Shown one piece after another: positions 1 through 15,237 of a stretch of DNA of 64,000 bases; the first letter of the stretch is position 1, and each line of letters starts with the position of its first letter. Below the pieces are notes generated by a model. It was not told the origin of the DNA. It saw nothing but the letters and a program-made list of their open reading frames with translations, and did no database searches. Source of the stretch: the human T2T-CHM13v2.0 reference genome, Homo sapiens. A program made the translations under genes and the position numbers. The DNA lies in the NCBI RefSeq assembly GCF_009914755.1, contig NC_060937.1. One strand, written 5' to 3'.

Positions 1-1749
1 AGAGAATAAAATACCTAGGAATACAACTTACAAGGGAAGTGACAGACCTCTTCAAAGAGAATTACAAACCACTGCTCAAGGAAATAAGAGAGGACACAAA
101 CAAATGGAAAAACATTCCAGGCTCATGGATAAGAAGAATCAATATCATGAAAATGGCCAAACTGCCCAAAGTAATTTATAGATTCAGTGCTATCCCCCAT
201 CAAGCTACCAATGACTGTCTTCACAAAATTGGAAAAAAACTACTTTAAAGTTCATATGGAACCAAAAAAGAGCCCACATAGCCAAGACAATCCTGGGCAA
301 GAAGAACAAAGCTGAAGGCATCACGCTACCTGACTTCAAACTATACTACAAGGCTACAGTAAACAAAACAGAATGGTACTGATACCAAAATAGATATATA
401 GACCAATGGAACAGAACAGAGGCCTCAGAAATAACACCACACATCTACAACCATCTGATCTTTGACAAATCTGACAAAAACAAGCAATGGGGAAAAGATT
501 CCCTATTTAATAAATGGTGTTGGGAAAACTGGCTAGCCATATGCAGAAAACTGAAACTGGACCCCTTCCTTAAATCTTATACAAAAATCAACTCAAGATG
601 GATCAAAGACTTAAACATAAGACCCAGGACCATAAAAATCCTAGAAGAAAACCTGGGCAATACCACTCAGGATGTAGGCATGGGTAAAGACTTCATGTCT
701 AAAACAACAAAAGCAATGGCAACAAAAGCCAAAATTGACAAATGGGATCTAATTAAATGAAAGACCTTCTGCACAGCAAAAGAAACTATTATCAGAGTGA
801 ACAGGCAACCTACAGAATGGGAGAAAATTTTTGCAATCTACCCATCTGACAAAGGGCTAATATCCAGAATCTACAAAGAACTTAAACAAATTTACAAGAA
901 AAAAACAACCCCTCAAAAAGTGGGCAAAGGATATGAACAGACACTTCTCAAAAGAAGACATTTATGCAGCCAATAGACATATGAAAAAAAAGCTCATCAT
1001 TACTGGTCACTAGAGAAATGCAAATCAAAACCACAATGAGACACCATCTCATGCCAGTTAGAATGGCGATCATTAAAAAGTCAGGAAACAATAGATGCTG
1101 GAGAGGATGTGGAGAAATAGGAACGCTTTTACACTGTTGGTGGGAGTGTAAATTAGTTCAACCATTGTGGAAGACAGTGTGGCGATTCCTCAAGGATCTA
1201 GAACTAGAAATACCATTTGACCCAGCAATCTCATTACTGGGTATATACCCAAAGGATTATAAATCATTCAATTATAAAAAGACATGCACACGCATGTTTA
1301 TTGCAGCACTATTCACAATAGCAAAGACTTGGAACCAACCTAAATGTCCACAATAATAGACTGGATAAAGAAAATGTGGCACATATACACCATGGAAAAC
1401 TATGCAGCCATAAAAAAGGATGAGTTCTTGTCCTTTGCAGGGACATGGATGAAGCTGGAAAACATCATTCTCAGCAAATATCACAAGGACAGAAAACCAA
1501 ACACCACATGTTCTCACTCATAAGTGGTAGTTGAACAATGAGAACACTTGGACACAGGGAGGGAAACATCACACACCAGGGCCTGTTTGGGGGTGCGGGG
1601 CTAGGGGAGGGTTAACATTAGGAGAAATACCTAATGTAGGTGATGGGTTGATGGGTGCAGCAAACCACCATGGCACATGTATACCTATGTAACAAACCTG
1701 CATGTTCGGCACATGTACCCCAGAACTTAAAGTGTAATTAAAAAAAAAA
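1..1749 (+). mobile_element. LINE-1 3' portion (L1PA7/L1PA8-like), disrupted ORF2 end, 3' UTR, A-tail; continues beyond window start
   Basis: ORF2 C-terminal peptides ([19 protein letters not shown]; [18 protein letters not shown]); G-rich 3' UTR; poly(A) ~1740-1749. Confidence 0.93.
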
Positions 1750-2148
1750 GAGAGAGAGATTAATCAAAACTTCAGAAACAGAAATTCCTCTCTTTCCCCA
1801 GGCAACCAAGCCATCAATACACTGATGTGAGGGAAATCAGAAGAGCGCAAATCAGGTCCAGGCGTGAAATGGCTTCTGACTTTGTCAGCCAGTAGATTTT
1901 CTCCCTTGTAAAGAAATCACCACAGGAATGAACAGTGCCCCAGCAGGGGCTTATCATTCTCTTCCTTGAGAGTGTAAAGCTCCAGTGCTGACTCACATAT
2001 GTGGAAGGGGTCAGAACTAAGTCAGGGCACAAGGGCCAGAAGCTCCTGTAGCTGTGGCCTCCAGGCCACCTGCCCACAGCCTTTCCCACACTTGTGACAC
2101 TTTTATTTCCCTTTCGTGAATTGCCCCCAGAGTCTTTTCAATGAATCC

Positions 2149-2700
2149 TGTGTTACTCATAGTTAGGGCTCTTGGTTACAGTGAAAACCTAATTTGAACC
2201 AGGTTAACTGAACAGAGGAATTCACTGGAAAGATCCAGCGTTTCTCACAAACTTCAAAGACAGGGATGCAGCCAGCCTCAGGAATGGAACCATGGCTGGA
2301 GCCCTGTAGAGAACCTGGAGGCATCTCTCTGCAACACCCCATCTGTCTCTCCCTCTATGTCTGCTCTATTCTTCCCTGTTACTACAAACCAGCCTCCTCT
2401 GCTTCTCCATCTATGTGGTGGGACCTGGCCACCACTGCTCCCAGGATTTCTACACTCTCAGTCATGCACCCAACAAGAAGCCTATCTCCAGCTCTTACTC
2501 CCCAGCCTAAAATCTCAGGGAAATGACTGATTGGCCCCAGTTGGATCAAATGCCCCAGACCAGACAAATGTGGCAGGAAGTCCAGGTTCTGTAGAAACAT
2601 GGCAACTCCTACCACAATTGTGGGAATGGACTGGGGAAGAAGGAACCAGCAGGAAAGGGAGGGCAGACAACAATCTTATGGGCATCCATCACATGGCCTA
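2149..2700 (-). mobile_element. Old MaLR LTR fragment (MLT1-like)
   Basis: Resembles recalled MLT1J/K-type ends; highly diverged, boundaries approximate. Confidence 0.4.
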
Positions 2701-2724
2701 CCTTAACAAATCTTTTGACAGTGG

Positions 2725-2945
2725 GGAAAACATCAGCCTTGGAGAAACAGGGACTAGCTCTATCATTTATCAGTTGTGTGATCATGGGCAAGCTGCTTGA
2801 CTTTCCCAAGCCTTTGTTCCCTCATCTGCAAAGTAAGGACAGTAACACCTACTTCTTGGTGTCACTGAGAAGATTAAGCAAGAAAGAATCTGTGCAGCAC
2901 CTAGTACAGTGCCTGACACACCTAAATGCTAAATAGTCCTAACCT
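2725..2945 (+). mobile_element. MIR SINE
   Basis: Core tgtgtgatcatgggcaagctgcttgactttcccaagcctttgttccctcatctgcaaa. Confidence 0.75.
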
Positions 2946-3903
2946 TATTTTGAACATCAAAACAGTCATGGGAGGACTGAGGGTGCTTTGAGTATAATTA
3001 ATTGTTTTGCTGAAGAGGAGGTTTTCTTATGCTATGAAGCCTGCCAACTTATGGCATTTCACCAGGGCATCACATGCTTTCAAAAACGTGTTTTTAAAAA
3101 AAATGGATATAAATTATCTTTAGTGTTTGTCACAAGAAAAGTGAGAGGCCAAGACTGTAACATACTGCAGGTACCCAAACTAAATCCTCCCTATGAAGCA
3201 GATAACAGTAAACTTTGTCCCTGGGATGTTTGGATTTGTTGAATGATAAGCAGTAAGTGTGGACACTTATCAGCGATAAGTTATAAATAAGAAAGTTCTG
3301 AAGAGGCTGAAAAGCTTATCAGACTACATGGGGAGGAGAGTTCTAGTTGTCAAAAAGACAGGTGGAAGTTTTCCTTTTTCTCTTTTTATAGAGTAAAGAG
3401 AACAATTTTTTATTTTAGGAAATCCTAGACTATCTCAGACACTTCTTTCTAGGTCTGATTTAACACCTTGAATAAGTTGGCTTCATGTCACCCATATCAA
3501 GATGGTATTTCAGAAAACAAAGACAACAGATACTGACTTTGAACACAGCATGTTGAAATGGTGAGAAAGTGTCTTGTTAAGAGAAAGGGCCAAACTCTTG
3601 AAGTTTATCAATTTGATATATCTTGGCTTAGGATTCTCAGGACTTCTCACTTACAACAGGATCTGTAATAATTCCCATTCTCTGAAGCTGAATGAAGAAG
3701 GCCATAGAAATTGCTCCATCTACAGTGCTTGCTGGAAATTAGTGCATGTGTGTCTAATATTCAGAGTAGAGCAGCATTTTGTTTGTGAATATTTATAAGC
3801 AACAACTCACATATACTTAACATTTTATATTGAAAAACTGTTTCTCAGGTAGATTAAAAATTTCTCTGCAACCTAAAATTTTAGTGCACATTTTATGATG
3901 TGA

Positions 3904-4222
<319 letters not shown>

Positions 4223-4606
4223 AAGAATTGTTTAAATTAATCCATTTTAAATTAACAAAGCAAGTATTTCCTCTTTAGCATCATGAAAAACGGAGCATGC
4301 TCATATAAGAATCATAAAAATCCACCCAGCACAGGAAATGCCTTTAAAATTTGTAGGACTAAAATAGTCCTACAAATAATCGTTGACCCTCTTGCTTAAT
4401 ACTCTCAAATGATGGGGAGTGACTCACTAATTTATGAGGTGTCCTTGCCATCATTTGCTTTCACTTTCTACCGATCGGTACTTAGTATGTCTCAGAAGCA
4501 AAACAGAACAAGCCAGCCTTTAAATACCCTCTCAAAGATGGACAATGGCCACAGGCATCCGTCTGTCCTATCTCCTTTATATCAGACTGAACTTTTGCTA
4601 TACTCC

Positions 4607-5099
4607 TGCTACGTTGTTTCACCTAAAGCTGCTTCCTCGCATATTTTAAGTTCAGCCTCAAGGTTTCTGGGTACATAGTGAACTGAAACCTGACTGGATG
4701 TGGAAACAGACCGGAACCTGCTCTTGGAACAAGTAGCTAAGTCTCAGCTAATCCCAGCAGCCAGACTTTGACCACTCACAGGCAGCCAACCTCTCAAACC
4801 GTGCTAAGAAGGCAAACGCGAGCTGTAAGCAACCCAGCAGTTTCCGTACCTCACTTCCGTTTTCTGTACCTCACTTCCGTCTTCTGTACCTCACTTCCGT
4901 TTTCTGTACCTCACTTCGATTTTCTGTACATCATTTTCCTTTATCTGTGCGTATATCCTTTTGAACTCCTGGCAATGCCTGAGTAACTCCGAACCTATTC
5001 GGGTTGGGAGGTGGGGGGTAGCTACTCAATTTACAAATCGTTCTTCACTCAGTTAAAATCTGTTCAATTTAATTTGTCTAAAGTTTTTTTTTTTAAACA
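4607..5099 (+). mobile_element. MER57(B)-like ERV1 solo LTR
   Basis: TG...CA termini; 4-bp TSD CTCC (4603-4606, 5100-5103); cctaaagctgc..catattttaagttc start and ttaatttgtctaaagtttt end match recalled MER57B. Confidence 0.85.
4841..4940 (+). repeat. 20-bp tandem repeat x5 (TTTCTGTACCTCACTTCCGT) inside the LTR
   Basis: Units start at 4841, 4861, 4881, 4901, 4921; the last is degenerate. Confidence 0.95.
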
Positions 5100-5898
5100 C
5101 TCCCAACAAGATATTTTTTCTAGGCCCTTTATCATCTTGAATACCTTCCTCTAATCCATGACAATCTCTCCTGAAACGCCATATTGGGAACTGAATTGGA
5201 TCCAGCCCACGTTGTGGAGGAGCTTTCTGGTGGTGGGATGTGGTGTGAGCTTTCTTTAGAAACCGCTTCACACCATTGGCTACTACTTTAAAAATAGCAG
5301 AAAAACGAACTATTTTCTCTAAGATGTTATCACATCTCAATATTACACATTATTTCCATTTTTCTTTGAAGTTACACTTATTTAAGTAGTTCTATTATAG
5401 GCCAGCACTGACCTTAAATGGGTTCCATTGTAAAGGAGCTGACTGCTGGTGCTGATCAGGAAATGATTCTTTTGTTTGCAAGCAGAAAGGTCATGAGAGG
5501 GCTTTCATAGAAGACTAAAGAAAATGTCTTCCAAATTGGACATTTCCTTTTAGATGGAGGGAGGATAAGAAATGATGTGAACATCAATTTCTTACATTGG
5601 AGGAAAATAATGAGCCATGAAAAGAGGTAAAGTCACATAAAATTACATTTGTTTTGTTAATTAGGTGACACACCATGCCAAGACTGAATAAAATAAAAGG
5701 AAGGAAAAGCAACATACCATTTTTGATGCTAACTTCCTGATTCAAAGGCGAGGGACAGCTCAACCACCTGCTCACCCAGAAGATGGGCTTCAAAGAAAGA
5801 TGCAGTTAGAGAGACTGGTTTTATAATTAATCTTTGGACAATGCGGTTGACATAACCTGCAAAAGACTTATAATGAGAAGCATGTTCCTGGGAGCTGG

Positions 5899-5902
<4 letters not shown>

Positions 5903-5937
<35 letters not shown>

Positions 5938-5968
5938 TACATACCTACATACATACACACACACACAA
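5903..5968. repeat. (TA)n / (CA)n compound microsatellite
   Basis: Direct reading. Confidence 0.9.
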
Positions 5969-5982
5969 TATATTTTAATTCA

Positions 5983-6276
5983 GGCCAGGTGCCATGGCTC
6001 ATGCCTGTAATCCCAGCAATTTGGGAGGCCAAGGCAGGAGGATCATGTGAGGCCAGGAGTTAGAGACCAGCTTGGGCAAAATAGTGAGACCTCATCTTTA
6101 CAAAAAAAAAAAAGCTAGGCACAGTGGGGCATGCTTGCACTCCCATCTACTCGGGAGACTGAGGTGGGAGGATCATGAGCTCAAGAGATCGAGGTTACAG
6201 TGAACTATGACCATGCGACTGCACTCCAGCCTGGGTGGAAAAGTGACACCCTGACCCCCCCCCAAAAAAAAAAAAA
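5983..6276 (+). mobile_element. AluJ-like
   Basis: Diverged dimeric Alu with a C-run/A-tail. Confidence 0.85.
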
Positions 6277-7059
6277 TTAAAACATTCTCATTCCTTCCTT
6301 CTAGTTCTTGAATATATCTCAGCTATAACTGGTGAAACTGTAGGTAAAAGTACAAAAACTACTCTTCAAAGACAGGTAACTGACAAAACACAAGTGTGCA
6401 GCATGAAAATTAGAATGATTATTGTATCACTTCTCAGTCTTTCAGCTAAAACCAAGTACAAAATGACTGCTGTTACCTGGTCAAATAGTGTGGACTTTCC
6501 AATGATGATAACCTAGTGTGCTGTGAAAATGTTCCAGAAGAGAACTGGAAGACACCACACCCACACCCCTCACAAACAAATAGTTTCTTCTATCCAGAGA
6601 GTAGCTCCTGGTTCATGTAACTTCAGTTGAATTCTCTTAAGTTACTATTTGAGGAAATATCTTTGCCCTCTCCCCACATACATGCAAAACCACTTTTTAG
6701 CACTCCTGGGTATCTCTGAAGTTTGACAAAAACATTTCTACCCTCAGTGATTTCAACTATAATTAATAGAGCATGCTATTTGACATAGATAGTAACATGA
6801 AGTTTATGCTCTATGTCCACTCTGAGAATTCCTAGGCCATCCTGGTAGTCAGCATCTTCTCTTTCTCACAATTTTCCATTCCAAATATCACCATTCTGTC
6901 ACTTTCCACTAGCTCTCAGTCACCTTCACTCTCTTCTAGGACTAGTATTTCTGGCTGTATGCCTGTACCACAACTCATTACATAAAATTTCCTGGGTCCT
7001 GGCAAACTTCATTAAAGTTAAACGAGGATTTTCCTGGTTACATCTCTGAAACCACAAAT

Positions 7060-7395
7060 TTTAATCCCAGCTGCACATTAGAATCACTTGGAGAGCTTTT
7101 TAAAAATGTCATTGCCAAGGCCTCACCCTCAGAGATTCTGATTTAATTCAGGGATGCCCAGCACTAAGTCTCTTTTTTACTTTTCTTTTCTTTTCTTTTT
7201 TTCTTTTTTAGAGAAAGCGTTTTGCCATGTTGCCCAGGCTGGTCTTGAAGTCCGAGGCTCAAGCAATCCACCCACCTTGGGCCTCCCAAAGTGCTGGGAT
7301 TACAGGCATGAGCCACCATGCCTGGCCAGCATTGATAAGTCTTAAAAGCTTTTCAGGTGATTCTAATCTACAGCCAACGTTAAGATTTAGTGTGC
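7060..7395. mobile_element. MER5-like hAT MITE interrupted by a minus-strand FLAM/Alu monomer (~7175-7327)
   Basis: gctgcacattagaatcacttggagagc...cagagattctgatttaatt...caggtgattctaat. Confidence 0.7.
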
Positions 7396-7565
7396 TAATG
7401 CCCAAAATACCTGAAATGTGTGATGTATGCCATTAGTAACTGGTTCTCATCACTGCAATTGTTTTCATGAGGCAGAGACAGCAAGATTCTTACAGACAGA
7501 CAGCTTCTAACACTGAGTCCCAGAACACCTGCAGGAATGAATACAATCAAGAATTAAATGTCAAC

Positions 7566-7873
7566 GCTGGGTACAGTGGCTCACACCTGTAATCCCAACA
7601 CTTCGGGAGGCTGAGGTGGGTGAATCTCCTGAGCTCAGGAATTCAAGACCAGCCTGGGAAACATGACGAAACCCTGTCTCTACCAAAAATACAAAAAAAA
7701 TAGCCAGGTGTGGTTGCATGTACCTGTGGTCCCAGCTATTCAGGAGGCTGAGGAGGGAGGATCATTTGAGCCTGGGAAGCAGAGGCTGCGGTGAGCTGAG
7801 ATTACACCACTGCACTCCAGCCTGGGTGATGGAGTGAGACTTTGTCTCAAAAAAAAAATAAATAAATAAATAA
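7566..7873 (+). mobile_element. AluJb-like
   Basis: Full dimeric Alu with (AAAT)n tail. Confidence 0.87.
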
Positions 7874-7967
7874 TAACAAGAAAATAATTAAATTTCAGAT
7901 AAGAGATAATGCTTAAGTTCACATGGAAAAATAAACACACTGAAGAGTTAAGAAAACACTGACAAGG

Positions 7968-8341
<374 letters not shown>

Positions 8342-8494
8342 CTACACAGCTCTTGAGGCTTCCAAGATGGCTGAATAGGAACAGCTCCAGTCTGCAGCAT
8401 CCAGCAAGATCAACACAGAAGACAGGTGATTTCTGCATTTCCAACTGAGGTACCTGGTTCATCTCATTGGGACTGGTTGGACAGTGGGTGCAGC

Positions 8495-8791
8495 TCACAG
8501 AGGGCAAGCCGAAGCAAGGCAGGGTGCCGCCTCACCCGGGAAGCACAAGGGGTCGGGTGATTTCCCTTTCCTAGCCAAGGGAAGCTGAGACAGTCTGTAC
8601 CTAGAGGAACAGTACACTCCTGCCAAAATACTGTTTTTTTCCCATAGTCTTTGCAACTGGCAGACCAGAAAATTCCCTCCTGTGCCTGACTCAGCAGGTC
8701 CCACACCCACGGAACCTTCCTCACTGCTAGTGCAGTGGTCTGAGATCGACCTGTGATGCTGCAGCTTGGCAGTGGGAGGGGAGTCCAACAT
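8495..8791 (-). CDS. L1 antisense ORF0 homologue, open 98 aa
   Basis: True ATG at 8791; MLDSPPTAKLQHHRSISDHCTSSEEGSVGVGPAESG aligns to recalled L1HS ORF0 MAGAPPPASLPPCSLISDCCASNQRDSVGVGPSEPG; expression unknown. Confidence 0.6.
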   Translation of the reverse strand: MLDSPPTAKLQHHRSISDHCTSSEEGSVGVGPAESGTGGNFLVCQLQRLWEKNSILAGVYCSSRYRLSQLPLARKGKSPDPLCFPGEAAPCLASACPL

Positions 8792-9388
8792 TGCTCAGGC
8801 TTGAGTAGATAGTTTTGTCCTCACACTGTAAACAAAGAGGCCAGGAAGCTTGAACTGGGCGGAGCCCACCGCAGCTCAGCAAGGTCTACTGCCTTGCTGT
8901 AGATTCCACCTCTGTGGGCAGAGCATATCAGAACAAAAGGCAGCAGACAGCTTCAGCAGAACTAAACGTCCCTATCAGACAGCCCTGAATAGAGCAGTGG
9001 TTCTCCCAGCACGGCGTTCGAAATCTGAGAACGGACAGACAGCCTCCTCAAATGGGTCCCTGAACCCCATGTAGCCTGATGGTAGACACCTTCCAGTAGG
9101 GTCCGACAGACACCTCACAGGCAGATGCCCCTCTGGGATGAAGCTTCCAGAGGAAGGATCAGGCAGCAATATTTGCTGCTCTGCAGCCTCTGCTGGTGAT
9201 ACCCAGGCAAACAGTGTCTGTAGTGGACCTTCGGCAAACTCCAACAGACCTGCAGCTGAGGGTCTCAACTGTTAGAAGGAAAACTAATAGAAAGGAATAT
9301 CATCAACATCAACAAAAAGCACATCCACACCAAAACCCCATCTGTAGGTCACCATCTTCAAAGACCAAAGGTAGATAAAACCACAAAG

Positions 9389-10410
9389 ATGGGGAGAAAC
9401 CAGAGCAGAAAAGCTGAAAATTCTAAAAACCAGAGCACCTATTCTCCTCCAAAAGGTCGCAGCTCCTCACCAGCAAAGGAACAAAACTGGATGGAGAATG
9501 AGTTTGACGAGTTGACAGAAGTACGCTTCAGAAGGTCGGTAATAAGATCTTCTCCAAGCTAAAGGAGGGTGTTCGAACCCATCTCAAGGAAGCTATAAAC
9601 CTTGAAAAAAGGTTAGATGGATGGCTAACTAGAATAAACAGTGTAGAGAAGACCTTAAATGACCTGATAGAGCAGAAAGACACAGCACGAGAACTTCTTG
9701 ACGCATGCACAAGCTTCAAGAGCCAATTTGATCAAGTGGAAGAAAGGATATCAGTGATTGAAGATCAAACGAATGATATAAAGTGAGAAGACAAAATTAG
9801 AGAAAAAAGAGTGAAAAGAAATAAACAAAGCCTCCAAGAAATATGGCACTATGTGAAAAGACCAAATCTATGTTTGATTGGTGTTCCTGAAAGTGACGGG
9901 GAGAATGGATCCAAGTTAGAAAACACTCCAGGATATTATCTAGGAGAACTTCCCCAACCTAGCAAGGCAAGCAAACATTCAAATTCAGAAAATGCAGAGA
10001 ACACCACAAAGATACTCCTTGAGAAGAGCAACCGCAATACACTTAATTGTCAGATTCTCCAAGGTTGAAATGAAGGAAAAAACGTTAAGGGCAGCCAGAG
10101 AGAAAGGTAGGGTTACCACAAAGGGAAGCCCATTAGACTAACAGCAGATCTCGTGGCAGAAACCCTACAAGCCAGAAGAGAGTAGGGGCCAATATTCAAC
10201 ATTCTTAAAGAAAAGAATTTTCAATCAGGAATTTCATATCCAGCCAAACTAAGCTTCATACGCAAAGGAGAAATAAAATCCTTTACAGACAAGCAAATGC
10301 TGAGAGATTTTGTCACCACCAGGCCTGCCTTACAAGAGCTCCTGAAGGAAGCACTAAACATGGAAAGGAACAACCGGTACCAGCCACTGCAAAAACATAC
10401 CAAATTGTAA
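9389..10410 (+). pseudogene. L1 ORF1 remnant (frameshifted)
   Basis: Starts MGRNQSRKAENSKNQS; KRNKQSLQEIWHYVKRPNL fragment; no continuous frame. Confidence 0.88.
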
Positions 10411-10473
10411 AGACCTTCAATGCTAGGAAGAAAGTGCATCAATTAACAGACAAAATAACCAGCTAACATCATA

Positions 10474-14287
<3,814 letters not shown>

Positions 14288-14952
14288 ACAACGAGAACAC
14301 ATGGACACAGGGAGGGGAATATCACACACTGGGACCTGTTGGGGGGCTGGGGGCTGGGGGAGGGATAGCATTAGGAGAAATACCTAATGTAAATGGTGAG
14401 TTGATGGGTACAGCAAACCAACATGGCACATGTATACCTATGTAATAAACCTACACGTTGTGCACATGTACCCTAGAACTTAAAGTACAATAAAATAAAT
14501 AAATAAATAAAATAAAAATAAAAATACACTACACGCCTCCATAGCTAAAACAGTGTAGTATTGTCATATGACTGGACAAATAGATCAAAGAAATAGAAAG
14601 TTCAGAAACAGACTCAACTATTTATAAAGATCAAGCATATAATAAAGATGATATATCAAAACACTGGAACAAATGTAGTCATGTGCAGTAAATGGTGTTG
14701 GTACAACTAGACAGCCATCTAGAAAAAATATAAAATTAGATTCATTCCTTAAAGCGGAGAAAAGAAAAAATCTCAAATGGATCAGAGGTCCAAATGCAGA
14801 AAAGGAAAATATACAAGTACATGAAGAAAACATGAGTGTATTCTCCTTTAACTCTGGAGTAGAAAAAGCCTTTCTAATCATGACTCAAAATTCAGAGGCA
14901 ATAAAAGAAAAGACTGATAAACTTGACAACATTTAAAAAGATTAAAACTTTT

Positions 14953-15237
14953 GGCCGGGCACGATGGCTCACTCCTGTAATCCCAGCACTTTGGGAGGCC
15001 AAGGCAAGAGGATCACTTGAGCCCAGAATTTGAAGACCAGCCTGGACAACATAGTAAGACCCCATCTCTACAAAAACAAACAAAATTAGCCAGATGTGGT
15101 AGTGCATACATGTAGTCCCAGCTACTCAAGAGGCTGAGGTGGGAGGATAGCTTGATTCTGGGAAGTAGAGGCTGCAGTGAGCCAAGATCATACCACTGCA
15201 CTCCAGCCTGAGCAACAGAATGAGACACTGTCTCAAA
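14953..15237 (+). mobile_element. AluJ-like, almost tail-less
   Basis: Dimeric Alu flanked by aaactttt. Confidence 0.85.

Noticed and set aside
4841-4940. CRISPR-like regularly spaced repeats
   Set aside because: Units are contiguous with no unique spacers, lie in a eukaryotic LTR, and no cas genes are present
5104-5900. Unique-looking block as an exon or conserved enhancer
   Set aside because: No convincing coding frame or motif cluster; needs conservation data I do not have
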